Below, in pieces: positions 34,590-47,692 of a stretch of 64,000 bases of DNA. Every line of letters begins with the position of its first letter. Within the stretch, counting starts at the first letter, position 1. The notes beneath the pieces are model-generated. The model saw nothing but the letters and a program-made list of their open reading frames with translations, was not told the origin of the DNA and searched no databases. This stretch comes from Scyliorhinus canicula (lineage: Eukaryota), in contig NC_052151.1 in assembly GCF_902713615.1 (NCBI RefSeq), positions 200,969,703 to 201,033,702 on the forward strand, read 5' to 3'. The translations under genes were made by a program, and so were the position numbers.

Positions 34590-37500
34590 CGTGTTACTGA
34601 CTGTATCCCTACTGATGTTAATCCAGCTCCCTCACACTGTCACTCAGTAACCCCTCTCCCCCAGCACCCTGTGTTACTGACTGTATCCCTACTGATGTTA
34701 ATCCAGCTCCCTCACACTGTCACTCAGTAACCCCTCTGCCCCAGCACCCTGTGTTACTGACTGTATCTCTACTGATGTTAATCCAGCTCCCTCACACTGT
34801 CACTCAGTAACTGCTCTCCCCCAGCACCCTGCGTTACTGACTGTATCTCTACTGATGTTAATCCAGCTCCCTCGCACTGTCACTCAGTAACCCCTCTCCC
34901 CCAGTACCCTGTGTTACTGACTGTATCCCTACTGATGTTAATCCAGCTCCCTCACATTGTCACTCAGTAACCCCTCTCCCCCAGCACCCTGTGTTACTGA
35001 CTGTATCTCTACTGATGTTAATCCAGCTCCCTCACACTGTCACTCAGTAACCCCTCTCCCCCAGCACCATGTGTTACTGACTGTATCACTACTGATGTTA
35101 ATCCAGCTCCCTCACACTGCCACTCAGTAACCCCTCACCCCCAGCACCCTGTGTTACTGACTGTATCCCTACTGAGGTTAATCCAGCTCCCTCACACTGT
35201 CACTCAGTAACCCCTCTCCCCCAGCACCCTGTGTTACTGACTGTATCTCTACTGATGTTAATCCAGCTCCCTCACACTCACTCAGTAACCCCTCACCCCC
35301 AGCACCCTGTGTTACTGACTGTATCTCTACTGATGTTAATCCAGCTCCCTCACACTGTCACTCAGTAACTGCTCTCCCCCAGCACCCTGTGTTACTGACT
35401 GTATCTCTACTGATGTTAATCCAGCTCCCTCACACTGTCACTCAGTAACTCCTCTCCTCCAGCACCCTGTGTTACTGACTGTATCTCCACTGATGTTAAT
35501 CCAGCTCCCTCAGACTGTCACTCAGTAATCCCTCTCCCCAGCACCCTGTGTTACTGACTGTATCTCTACTGATGTTAATCCAGCTCCCTCACACTGTCAC
35601 TCAGTAACCCCTCTCCCCCAGCACCCTGTGTTACTGACTGTATCTCTACTGATGTTAATCCAGCTCCCTCACACTGTCACTCAGTAACTGCTCTCCCCCA
35701 GCACCCTGCATTACTGACTGTATCTCTACTGATGTTAATCCAGCTCCCTCACACTGTCACTCAGTAACCCCTCACCCCCAGCACCCTGTGTTACTGACTG
35801 TATCTCTACTGATGTTAATCCAGCTCCCTCACACTGTCACTCAGTAACTGCTCTCCCCCAGCACCCTGCATTACTGACTGTATCTCTACTGATGTTAATC
35901 CAGCTCCCTCGCACTGTCACTCAGTAACCCCTCTCCCCCAGTACCCTGTGTTACTGACTGTATCTCTACTGATGTTAATCCAGCTCCCTCACACTGTCAC
36001 TCAGTAACCCCTCTCCCCCAGCACCCTGTGTTGCTGACTGTATCCCTACTGATGTTAATCCAGCTCCCTCACACTGCCACTCAGTAACCCCTCACCCCCA
36101 GCACCCTGTGTTACTGACTGTATCCCTACTGATGTTAATCCAGCTCCCTCACACAGTCACTCAGTAACCGCTCTCCCCCAGCACCCTGTGTTACTGACTG
36201 TATCTCTACTGATGTTAATCCAGCTCCCTCACACTGTCACTCAGTAACTCCTCTCCTCCAGCACCCTGTGTTACTGACTGTATCTCTACTGATGTTAATC
36301 CAGCTCCCTCACACTGTCACTCAGTAACCCCTCACCCCCAGCACCCTGTGTTACTGACTGTATCTCTACTGATGTTAATCCAGCTCCCTCACTGTCACTC
36401 AGTAACCCCTCTCCCCCAGCACCCTGTGTTACTGACTGTATCTCTACTGATGTTAATCCAGCTCCCTCACATTGTCACTCAGTAACCCCTCTCCCCCAGC
36501 ACCCTGTGTTACTGACTGTATCTCTACTGATGTTAATCCAGCTCCCTCACACTCACTCAGTAACCCCTCACCCCCAGCACCCTGTGTTACTGACTGTATC
36601 TCTACTGATGTTAATCCAGCTCCCTCACACTGTCACTCAGTAACTGCTCTCCCCCAGCACCCTGTGTTACTGACTGTATCTCTACTGATGTTAATCCAGC
36701 TCCCTCACACTGTCACTCAGTAACTCCTCTCCTCCAGCACCCTGTGTTACTGACTGTATCTCCACTGATGTTAATCCAGCTCCCTCAGACTGTCACTCAG
36801 TAATCCCTCTCCCCAGCACCCTGTGTTACTGACTGTATCTCTACTGATGTTAATCCAGCTCCCTCACACTGTCACTCAGTAACCCCTCTCCCCCAGCACC
36901 CTGTGTTACTGACTGTATCTCTACTGATGTTAATCCAGCTCCCTCACACTGTCACTCAGTAACTGCTCTCCCCCAGCACCCTGCATTACTGACTGTATCT
37001 CTACTGATGTTAATCCAGCTCCCTCACACTGTCACTCAGTAACCCCTCACCCCCAGCACCCTGTGTTACTGACTGTATCTCTACTGATGTTAATCCAGCT
37101 CCCTCACACTGTCACTCAGTAACTGCTCTCCCCCAGCACCCTGCATTACTGACTGTATCTCTACTGATGTTAATCCAGCTCCCTCGCACTGTCACTCAGT
37201 AACCCCTCTCCCCCAGTACCCTGTGTTACTGACTGTATCTCTACTGATGTTAATCCAGCTCCCTCACACTGTCACTCAGTAACCCCTCTCCCCCAGCACC
37301 CTGTGTTGCTGACTGTATCCCTACTGATGTTAATCCAGCTCCCTCACACTGCCACTCAGTAACCCCTCACCCCCAGCACCCTGTGTTACTGACTGTATCC
37401 CTACTGATGTTAATCCAGCTCCCTCACACAGTCACTCAGTAACCGCTCTCCCCCAGCACCCTGTGTTACTGACTGTATCTCTACTGATGTTAATCCAGCT

Positions 37501-40500
37501 CCCTCACACTGTCACTCAGTAACTCCTCTCCTCCAGCACCCTGTGTTACTGACTGTATCTCTACTGATGTTAATCCAGCTCCCTCACACTGTCACTCAGT
37601 AACCCCTCACCCCCAGCACCCTGTGTTACTGACTGTATCTCTACTGATGTTAATCCAGCTCCCTCACTGTCACTCAGTAACCCCTCTCCCCAACACCCTC
37701 TGTTACTAACTGTATATTTACTGATATTAACATAGCTCCCTCACACTGTCACTCAGTAACTGCTCTCCCCCAGCACCCTGCGTTACTGACTGTATCTCTA
37801 CTGATGTTAATCCAGCTCCCTCGCACTGTCACTCAGTAACCCCTCTCCCCCAGTACCCTGTGTTACTGACTGTATCTCTACTGATGTTAATCCAGCTCCC
37901 TCACACTGTCACTCAGTAACCCCTCTCCCCCAGCACCCTGTGTTACTGACTGTATCCCTACTGATGTTAATCCAGCTCCCTCACACTGCCACTCAGTAAC
38001 CCCTCACCCCCAGCACCCTGTGTTACTGACTGTATCCCTACTGATGTTAATCCAGCTCCCTCACACTGTCACTCAGTAACCGCTCTCCCCCAGCACCCTG
38101 TGTTACTGACTGTATCTCTACTGATGTTAATCCAGCTCCCTCACACTGTCACTCAGTAACTCCTCTCCTCCAGCACCCTGTGTTACTGACTGTATCTCCA
38201 CTGATGTTAATCCCGCTCCCTCAGACTGTCACTCAGTAATCCCTCTCCCCAGCACCCTGTGTTACTGACTGTAACTCTACTGATGTTAATCCAGCTCCCT
38301 CACACTGTCACTCAGTAACCCCTCTCCCCCAGCACCCTGTGTTACTGACTGTATCTCTACTGATGTTAATCCAGCTCCCTCACACTGTCACTCAGTAACC
38401 CCTCACCCCCAGCACCCTGTGTTACTGACTGTATCTCTACTGATGTTAATCCAGCTCCCTCACACTGTCACTCAGTAACTGCTCTCCCCCAGCACCCTGC
38501 GTTACTGACTGTATCTCTACTGATGTTAATCCAGCTCCCTCGCACTGTCACTCAGTAACCCCTCCCCCCCAGTACCCTGTGTTACTGACTGTATCTCTAC
38601 TGATGTTAATCCAGCTCCCTCACACTGTCACTCAGTAACCCCTCTTCCCCAGCACCCTGTGTTACTGACTGTATCCCTACTGATGTTAATCCAGCTCCCT
38701 CACACTGCCACTCAGTAACCCCTCACCCCCAGCACCCTGTGTTACTGACTGTATCCCTACTGATGTTAATCCAGCTCCCTCACACTGTCACTCAGTAACC
38801 GCTCTCCCCCAGCACCCTGTGTTACTGACTGTATCTCTACTGATGTTAATCCAGCTCCCTCAACCTGTCACTCAGTAACTCCTCTCCTCCAGCACCCTGT
38901 GTTACTGACTGTATCTCCACTGATGTTAATCCAGCTCCCTCAGACTGTCACTCAGTAATCCCTCTCCCCAGCACCCTGTGTTACTGACTGTAACTCTACT
39001 GATGTTAATCCAGCTCCCTCACACTGTCACTCAGTAACCCCTCTCCCCAGCACCCTGTGTTACTGACTGTATCTCTACTGATGTTAATCCAGCTCCCTCA
39101 CACTGTCACTCAGTAACCCCTCACCCCCAGCACCCTGTGTTACTGACTGTATCTCTACTGATGTTAATCTAGCTCCCTCACACTGTCACTCAGTAACCCC
39201 TCTCCCCCAGCACCCTGTGTTGCTGACTGTATCCCTACTGATGTTAATCCAGCTCCCTCAGACTGTCACTCAGTAATCCCTCTCCCCAGCACCCTGTGTT
39301 ACTGACTGTAACTCTACTGATGTTAATCCAGCTCCCTCACACTGTCACTCAGTAACCCCTCACCCCCAGCACCCTGTGTTACTGACTGTATCTCTACTGA
39401 TGTTAATGCAGCTCCCTCACTGTCACTCAGTAACCCCTCTCCCCCAGCACCCTGTGTTACTGACTGTATCTCTACTGATGTTAATCCAGCTCCCTCACAC
39501 TGTCACTCAGTAACCCCTCTCCCCATCACCCTGTATTGCTGACTGTATCCCTACTGATGTTAATGCAGCTCCCTCACACTGTCACTCAGTAACCCCTCTC
39601 CCCCAGCACCCTGTGTTACTGACTGTATCTCTATTGATGTTAATCCAGCTCCCTCACACTGTCACTCAGTAACCCCTCTGCCCCAGCACCCTGTGTTACT
39701 GACTGTATCTCTACTGATGTTAATTCAGCTCCCTCACACTGTCACTCAGTAACCCCTCACCCCCAGCACCCTGTGTTACTGACTGTATCTCTACTGATGT
39801 TAATCCAGCTCCCTCACTGTCACTCAGTAACCCCTCTCCCCAACACCCTCTGTTACTAACTGTATCTTTACTGATATTAACACAGCTCCCTCACACTGTC
39901 ACTCAGTAACCCCTCTCCCCCAGCACCCTGTGTTACTGACTGTATCTCTACTGATGTTAATCCAGCTCCCTCACACTGTCACTCAGTAACCCCTCCCCCC
40001 AGCACCCTGTGTTACTGACTGTATCCCTACTGATGTTAATCCAGCTCCCTCACACTCTCATTCAGTAACCCCTCTCCCCCCAGCACCCTGTGTTACTGAC
40101 TGTATCTCTACTGATGTTAATCCAGCTCCCTCACTGTCACTCAGTAACCCCTCTCCCCAACACCCTCTGTTACTAACTGTATCTTTACTGATATTAACAC
40201 AGCTCCCTCACACTGTCACTCAGTAACTGCTCTTCCCCAGCACCCTGCGTTACTGACTGTATCTCTACTGATGTTAATCCAGCTCCCTCGCACTGTCACT
40301 CAGTAACCCCTCTGCCCCAGCACCCTGTGTTACTGACTGTATCTCTACTGATGTTAATCTATCTCCCTCACACTGTCACTCAGTAACCCTCTCCCCCAGC
40401 ACCCTGTGTTACTGACTGTATCTCTACTGATGTTAATCCAGCTCCCTCACACTGTCACTCAGTAACCCTTCTCCCCCAGCACCCTGTGTTGCTGACTGTA

Positions 40501-40610
40501 TCCCTACTGATGTTAATCCAGCTCCCTCACACTGTCACTCAGTAACCCCTCTCCCCCAGTACCCTGTGTTACTGACTGTATCTCTACTGATGTTAACACA
40601 GGTCCCTCAG
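34590..40610. repeat. 80-bp satellite, about 75 copies, filling FCER1G intron 2
   Basis: gtgttactgactgtatctctactgatgttaatccagctccctcacactgtcactcagtaacccctctcccccagcaccct. Confidence 0.97.
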
Positions 40611-40633
40611 TCCGTCACCCGTGTAAACCTTAC

Positions 40634-40725
40634 CTTCAGACGGCAGTAGAGTGCAGTTAACACTATCCCATAGACAAACAGGATAGCATCCAATACGTAA
40701 CAGACCTCAGGTGGCTGCAGTGCCT
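40634..40725 (-). CDS. FCER1G: FcR gamma-type gene exon 2 (ectodomain + transmembrane: [31 protein letters not shown])
   Basis: cttcatctag| acceptor and AAG|GTAAGG donor; 92 nt; aligns with human [30 protein letters not shown]; dimer Cys25, TM Asp29 and FcR gamma-type YCRLK are retained. Confidence 0.97.
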
Positions 40726-41997
40726 CTAGATGAAGAGAGAGGGGAGGTATTAGGACCATCGCAGATCAAATTACAGATACCGTGCACCGAGCACACACCT
40801 TGGAGTGAGCCACATTCATGGATATAAATTAGTGGCTTGTTTAGGCATTCTGGAGGACTTTAGATCACCCACCAGGTTACTGTGGGACTGGCATCACATG
40901 CAGGCTATACCGTGGGAAGGATGACAGATCCCCACTGTGGTATTATCATAAATGTAAGAACTGCAAGGGTTAATGAAATGTCTAGAACAGCCACTAGAGG
41001 GAGATACAGTTACAAGGATATAAGACATTGATGCTGAGCCTTGTGCGGAGAGAGTAGTGCAGGAGTTAGCTAGAGACAGACTGAAGTAAAGATAGTGTGA
41101 GTGAGAGCAGATCACAGTTTATAACAGCTGTAGATGAGTGTAGTTTCTATGTTAATAATCATTTGTGTATTTTTTTTTGAGTACATGTCGAATCCAAATT
41201 AGTTGTGTTAATAAATTTATAGCTTTGTTCAAGTTCAAGTTAGTTTGTGGTCTTTGTGAACACTACGCCAACCATCCTGAATTTAGCAACACAAAGGACA
41301 CCACATGGTACCAGGAGTAAGAAGCAGTTAGATTAGATAAATCAGTATAAGAAGATTGAAGATAACAATCAAGGCGCATCTACACAGAAGACAAATTGTA
41401 AGATGGAGAGGGTCAAGAAGCCTGACCACTTCAGGACAAACGGTAAACTATGTCAAAACTGGACATTCTCAAACTAAAAGAGCGTAAAATCTGGAAATGT
41501 GGATGAGATACCCTCAATTACAACACAGGAGAGAAGATAGATGATTCAAAGGCTTTAATCATCTGAGAACTGAACAGCAGCCGAGAAGTGTGCTCATCAC
41601 ATGCTGCCGAGTGAGCCTTATCTTATATACCGTTTCCTGGGGGCGGAGCCAGAGGCGGAGTCCCCCAGGGTTCCAAGCCTGGTCTTAAAGGGCCAATGCA
41701 TTAAAGGTAAGGTACCGTTACAGCAACTACTGATAACATTCATCACATTGACCCCCTGTTTAAAAAAAAACAAATAGTCCGTCGGGGGTGAAGTGGAGTT
41801 ATAAATTCAGTCTTGTGGGTGGTTTGACCGTCCGTGCTGACTTTCTCCGCTCCGGTGGTGGTGCCGTGGATATGGTCGGTTTTGATGGTGGTATATCCGG
41901 GAGCACGGTTGACTGAGCCTTTGCCCACCTTGGAGCGGAGGGGTATCCGGGGTGACTAGGGTGATCGGTGCCGGCGCCGGCTGGGGGGCAGGGGGCG

Positions 41998-44625
41998 CTA
42001 TGGGGGGGGAGCGCTGTCGGGGTCGGCAGTCGGTGCGGGGAGGGAAGGGGTCGGTGGGAGAGTCGGTAGGAGGGGGTCGGTGGGAGAGTCGGTGGGGTCG
42101 GTGGGAGAGCCAGCGGGTGCCAGGTCTCGCAGGGAAACGGTGTCCTGCCTGCCGTCGGGGTGCTCGACGTAGGTGTATTGAGGGTTTGCGTGTAGCAATT
42201 GGACCCTCTCACTTAGAGGGTCCGTTTTAGGGCTCCTCACGTGTCTCCGGAGCAGGACTGGTCCCGGAGTCGTCAGCCAACGTGGAAGCAAGGCCCCAGA
42301 GGTGGACTTCCTGGGGAAGACAAACACACGATTGTGAGGGGTCTCGTTCGTGGCCGTACAGAGGAGCGACCTAATGGAATGTAGGGCATCGGGTAGGACC
42401 TCCTGCCAGCGGGCGATTGGGAGACTCCTTGACCGGAGGGCTAGGAGGACGGCCTTCCAAACTGTTGCGTTCTCCCTCTCCACTTGCCCGTTTCCCCGCG
42501 GGTTATAGCTCGTCGTTCTGCTCGAGGCGATGCCCTTGCTGAGCAGATACTGACGCAGCTCATCGCTCATGAACGATGTACCCCGGTCGCTGTGGATATA
42601 AGCGGGGAAACCAAACAGTGTGAAAATACTGTGCAGTGCTTTGATCATGGAGGCCGAGGTCATATCGGGGCAGGAGACAGCGAAGGGGAAGCTGGAGAAC
42701 TCATCGATAACGGTGAGGAAATAGATGTTGCGGTTGGTGGACGGGAGCGGCCCTTTGAAGTTCACACTTAGTCGCTCAAAGGGCCCAGAGGCCTTTATCA
42801 GGCGGGCCCTGTCTGGTCGGTAGAAGTGTGGTTTGCATTCCGCACAGATCTGGCATGCCTTAGTCATGGCCTTGACCTCCTCTGTGGAGTAAGGTAGGTT
42901 GCGGGACTTGATGAAGTGGGCAAGCCGGGTGACCCCCGGGTGGCAGAGGTCATCGTGGATGGCTCTCAGGCGGTCTTTTTGTGCGTTGGCGCACGTGCCG
43001 CGGGACAGAGCAGCTGGGGGCTCGTTGAGCTTCCCCAGGCGATATTTAATATCGTACGTATAGGTGGAGAGCTCTATCCTCCACCTCAGAATTTTGTCAT
43101 GCTTTATTTTGCCCCGTTGTGCGTTATCGAACATAAAGGCGACCGACCGTTGGTCGGTGATGAGGGCGAACCTCCTACCAGTTAGGTAGTGCCTCCAGTG
43201 CCGCACGGCCTCCACTATGGCTTGTGCCTCCTTCTCGACTGCAGAGTGCCGGATTTCCGAGGCATTGAGGGTTCGGGAGAAGAACGCTACTGGTCTGCCT
43301 GCCTGGTTGAGGGGAGCAACCAGGGCGACGTCTGATGCGTCGCTTTCTACCTGGAAGGGAATGGCTTCGTCCACCGTGTGCATGGCAGCCTTGATGATGT
43401 CGGCCTTGATACGGCTGAAGGCTGACTGGGCCTCAGCCGTCAGGGAAAAAACCGTAGTCTTAATGAGTGGTCGGGCTTTGTCCGCATATCTGGGGACCCA
43501 CTGGGCATAATAGGAAAAGAGCCCCAAGCACCGTTTGAGTGCCTTGAGGCTACGGGGGAGGGGGAGTTCCTTAAGGGGACGCATGCGGTCGGGGTCCGAG
43601 CCTAGGACCCCGTTTTCCACGACGTAGCCGAGGATGGCGAGCCGGGTTGTGTGGAACACGCATTTCTCTTTGTTGTAGGTGAGGTTGAGGGCCCGGGCGG
43701 TCTGGAGGAACTTCCTCAGGTTTGCGTCGTGGTCCTGCTGGTCATGGCCGCAGATGGTGACGTTGTCCAAGTACGGGAAGGTCGCCCGTAAGCCGTACTG
43801 GTCCACCACTTGATCCATTGCCCTTTGGAAAACGGAGACTCCGTTTGTGACACCAAAAGGGACCCTGAGAAAGTGAAACAGCCGACCGGCAGCTTGGAAA
43901 GCCGTGTAGGGGCGGTCCTCTGGGCCGATAGGGAGTTGATGGTGGGCCGATTTTAGGTCGAATGTGGAGAATACTCGATACTGGGCGATTTGGTTCACCA
44001 TTTCTGATATGCGGGGAAGTGGGTACGCATCGAGTTGTGTAAAGCGGTTTATGGTCTGGCTATAATCCACTACCATTCGTTGCTTTTCCCCAGAGTGGAC
44101 TACAAATACTTGGGCCCTACAAGGGCTGTTGCTGGCCTCTATGACCCCCTCTTTTAGTAGCCGCTGAACCTCTGACTTGATAAAAGTCATGTCTTGGGTA
44201 CTGTACCGGCGACTCCTGGTGGCGACGGGCTTACAGTCGGGAGTGAGGTTCGCGAAGAGGCGGGGTGGCGCAACTTTGAGTGTCGCCAGGCTGCAGACCG
44301 TGAGTGGGGGCAGGGGTCCACTGAACTTCAGTGTCAGGCTCCGGTGGCTGCACTGAAAGTCCAGACCGAGCAGCAGGGGGGCGCAGAGTTGAGGAAAGAT
44401 GTAAAGTTTAAAACAAGTGTATTCAGCGCCTTGAATTGCGAGGTCCGCGACACAATACCCCGTGATCTGAACCAAATGGGACCCAGAGGCGAGGGCGATA
44501 GTTTGGGAGGCGGGATGGATGCGCAGGGAGCAGCGCCTTACCGTGTCTGCGTGGATAAAGCTCTCCGTGCTCCCGGAGTCGAATAGGCAGGGAGTGTCAT
44601 GGCCGTTGATTCGCACCCGCATCAT
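41998..44625 (-). CDS. Gypsy pol (protease-RT-RNase H-integrase), uninterrupted 875-aa ORF of E3
   Basis: LFDSGS, TFDLKSAHHQ, FPYLDN, ESDAS, HHCC zinc finger, IHSDRG and GNGQVER motifs; no chromodomain. Confidence 0.92.
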   Translation of the reverse strand: MMRVRINGHDTPCLFDSGSTESFIHADTVRRCSLRIHPASQTIALASGSHLVQITGYCVADLAIQGAEYTCFKLYIFPQLCAPLLLGLDFQCSHRSLTLKFSGPLPPLTVCSLATLKVAPPRLFANLTPDCKPVATRSRRYSTQDMTFIKSEVQRLLKEGVIEASNSPCRAQVFVVHSGEKQRMVVDYSQTINRFTQLDAYPLPRISEMVNQIAQYRVFSTFDLKSAHHQLPIGPEDRPYTAFQAAGRLFHFLRVPFGVTNGVSVFQRAMDQVVDQYGLRATFPYLDNVTICGHDQQDHDANLRKFLQTARALNLTYNKEKCVFHTTRLAILGYVVENGVLGSDPDRMRPLKELPLPRSLKALKRCLGLFSYYAQWVPRYADKARPLIKTTVFSLTAEAQSAFSRIKADIIKAAMHTVDEAIPFQVESDASDVALVAPLNQAGRPVAFFSRTLNASEIRHSAVEKEAQAIVEAVRHWRHYLTGRRFALITDQRSVAFMFDNAQRGKIKHDKILRWRIELSTYTYDIKYRLGKLNEPPAALSRGTCANAQKDRLRAIHDDLCHPGVTRLAHFIKSRNLPYSTEEVKAMTKACQICAECKPHFYRPDRARLIKASGPFERLSVNFKGPLPSTNRNIYFLTVIDEFSSFPFAVSCPDMTSASMIKALHSIFTLFGFPAYIHSDRGTSFMSDELRQYLLSKGIASSRTTSYNPRGNGQVERENATVWKAVLLALRSRSLPIARWQEVLPDALHSIRSLLCTATNETPHNRVFVFPRKSTSGALLPRWLTTPGPVLLRRHVRSPKTDPLSERVQLLHANPQYTYVEHPDGRQDTVSLRDLAPAGSPTDPTDSPTDPLLPTLPPTPSLPAPTADPDSAPPP

Positions 44626-44752
44626 TGAGTTCCGCAGGTGTTTCGGCCGCGATTGATCGAGCTTGATTGCTCCTAGTTGCGGGTAGTCAGAGTCCTCAGT
44701 TAAGTCGGACTCACAAAGTGGCTGCCTGGAGTCACAAAATGGCCACCTGGAG

Positions 44753-45683
44753 TCACAAAATGGCCGCCGCCGTCGGTCGCACGAGTCGGGCTTTCAAAGA
44801 TGGCCGCCGCCAAGATGGCCGCTCCCATGACTCGCACGAGGTCGATGACGCATCGGAAGTGGGCGTGTCCGACCACCGCGCGGCCGCGTTGCGGGGCCTG
44901 TGAGACCGGGAGCTTGATTTCTGGGCCTGGTGAGGATTTTGTTTGTGGCCTTTGGGCCCAGCCAGGCAGACTTTAGCGAAATGCCCTTTCTTCCCGCAGT
45001 CGTTGCAGATCGCGGAGCGGGCCGGGCAACGTTGCCGTGGGTGCTGACCTTGCCCACAGAAATAGCACGGGGAATCCCCGGAGTGAGCGGATCGCCGCGC
45101 GGCGCAGGCCTGTAGCGTGGCTGAGCCTGGAGGGGTTTGCAAGGTCCGTGGAGTATGTACGGAGGTTACGGTGGGCTGTTTCTAGAGAAGAGGCGAGCGT
45201 TACCGTGCCTTGGAGATCCTTTGCCCCGTCTTCTAGGAGCCGCTGCCGGATGTACGAGGACCTGATACCGGACACAAAGGCATTGCGAATATGCAAGTTC
45301 ATGTGTGTTTCTGCCGTCACTGCTTTATGGTTGCAGTTCCTCGCGAGCGCAGTAAGTCTCTTTGCGTACTCGTCCAGAGTTTCCCCGGAACGCTGGCTGC
45401 AGGTTGAGAGCAAATGTCTGGCGTATACCTCGTTAATCGGCTTCACAAAGCGTTTCGTCAGTATTTCGACCCCAGCTTCGTAATTTGCAGCGTTCTCGAT
45501 CGTGGAGGAGAGTCGGTGGCCCACCCGGCCATGTAGTAAACGCAGCTTGTGAGCGCCGTCGACATCAGTCGCTGAGGAGTCAATATAGTCCTCAAAACAC
45601 CGCAGCCAATATTTAAACATTTGCGGGGCTTCCGGCGACCGAGCGTCCAGGTTGAGTTTCTCCGGCTTTAGAGCGCTGTCCAT
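44753..45683 (-). pseudogene. E3 gag with CCHC knuckles, disrupted by single-base frameshifts
   Basis: ORF 44973-45683 switches frame near 45130 into 44753-45142 (CYFCGQGQH, CNDCGKKGHFAKVC); second shift near 44800. Confidence 0.8.
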
Positions 45684-47394
45684 CTTGATGCGTCTGATGA
45701 TTAAATTGAGGTACCCTCAATCACGGCACAGGAGAGAAGATAGATGATTCAAAGGCTGTAATCATCTGAGAACTGAACAGCAGCCGAGAAGGGTGCTCAT
45801 CACATGCTGCCGAGTGAGCCTCATCTTATATACCGTTTCCTGGGGGCGGAGCCAGAGGCGGAGTCCCCCAGGGTTCCAAGCCCGGTCTTAAAGGGCCAAT
45901 GCATTAAAGGTAAGGTACCGTTACAGCAGCTACTGATAACATTCATCACAGTGGCCGACGCCGTCAATGCCTTGTCGCAGCAAAGAAAACTGCGTACATT
46001 TTGAGAGTGACATCACAAGTGTGGTGACGTGCACACGCTGCAGCCAAAGGAAATTGATGGCAAAAGGCAAACAAGTTCCAATTGTTGCAAGTTCAACCAC
46101 TTTGAAACCACAGTGCCGTTTCTCAACAGCTTCTCCCGTAACCAAATTTTACAAAGTTCTACAATGACTCCAGAAGGATCCAAAATGTTCAGAGTGAAGA
46201 TAAAAAATATCTTGACTGATAGAGAGGATTTCTCACTGTACACTCTAAAGGATACTTTCATGATTGAAGCAATCACGAGGATTAATTTGCTGGATTTCAA
46301 TGACGGACCAGCAGAACAGCTCTCAAAGATAATTAAAGAGTGGACTGTAGTGTTAGAAATTAATGGCAAAGATATTCTATTTAAAACTGACACAGGGGCA
46401 CACACAAATGTTATCACAGAATTTTTGTAAAGACAAGCTTGTAGGACACCGCTAATAAAGAAATCTACCTGCCGACTGACCAATTACAATGGTAACACTA
46501 TAGTCACAAGAGGATCCTGCTGTCTCATTGTTAGAAATAGCGACATTGAAATGGCAATCGGCTTTGAGATAGTGGAAGATGATAAGTCATTGCTAATTGG
46601 GGTGGGCGCTTGTGAAAAATCACACCTAGTTGAAAGGGTTCACTTCACCAAGACTTTGACTGACCAACATGAAGAGCCAGGGAAAGACTTAGTGGCGAAT
46701 ACTTTATTCCGAGTTACCACTGATGCTGACAGATACAGAGATATGTATATAGTGGAAGCTCAAGCCTCATTCATTGCCGAGATACTTCCAGTGTCTGACC
46801 GAAAACTACCAATCATCAAAGCCGAAACAGAAAAGGATTGGATGCTCCAGAGGGTGATGACATATCTGAAAGGAGGATGGTCCAGTGGATGTCGCACCGC
46901 CTTTCGAAGTATAAAAGATGATCTTACCACAATAGATGGTTTCCTGCTCAAACAAGATGGGATAGTGATACCTGCAAGTCTCCGTCAAGGAATTCTGCAG
47001 CAGATTCGCATGGGTCATCAGGGTATAAAAACGTGACTGCTTAGACAATCAGCATATTGGCCTGGAATCAACAGAGATGTTGATCAATATGTGCAAGGAT
47101 GCACAATCTGCCAGGTGCATCAGCCTGTGCAGTGCAGAGAAAGTATGGAAGAAACTGAACTCATCACCAATCCATGGATCAAAGTTGGTGTGAATTTGTT
47201 TGACTTTAAAGGTCGTGACTATCTAGTCATCATTGACTATTACTCCAACTACCCCGAGGTGATGATGCTGAATGATTCGACAGCGAGATCTGTAATGCAT
47301 GTAGCAAATTCAATTTTTGCTTGCCATGGGATACCTTTACACGTTGTCTCTGACAATGGTCCCTGTTTCTCAAGCTGGGAGTGGGCACAGTTTA

Positions 47395-47692
47395 TTTTTC
47401 TAAATCTAGAGTACCCAATTCATTTTATCCGATTAAGGGGCAATTTAGCGTGGCCAATCCACCTAGCCTGCACATCTTTGGGTTGTGGGGGCGAAACCCA
47501 CGCAAACACGGGGTGAATGTGCAAACTCTTTCCAAGAGCCAGTGCAGACTCTATGGGCCGAATGGCCTCCTTCTGCACTGTAAATTCTATGACCTATGAA
47601 CTCCACACGGACAGTGACCCAGAGCCGGGATCGATGCTGGGACCTCGGCGCCGGGAGACAGCAGTACTAACCACTGAGCCGCCGTGCTGCCC
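47395..47692 (-). mobile_element. HE1-type V-SINE in the E4 integrase, with a small tail fragment inside
   Basis: V-domain; degenerate direct repeat ctgggagtgg..gttt on both sides. Confidence 0.8.

Larger units (their letters stand above)
41504..45950 (-). mobile_element. Near-intact Gypsy LTR retrotransposon (E3) nested in E4
   Basis: 244-bp LTRs 41504-41747 and 45707-45950 (9 substitutions counted by eye); TSD GTGGA/GTGGC; gag from 45683; no TGG PBS. Confidence 0.96.

Noticed and set aside
32096-40610. Regular arrays resembling CRISPR
   Set aside because: Head-to-tail monomers without unique spacers, no cas genes, vertebrate intron context
40634-40725. Calling the gene CD247 (CD3 zeta)
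   Set aside because: YCRLK TM end, 49/92/21-nt exon sizes, the C-terminal KPQ and B4GALT3 synteny all favour FCER1G; phylogeny is still advised
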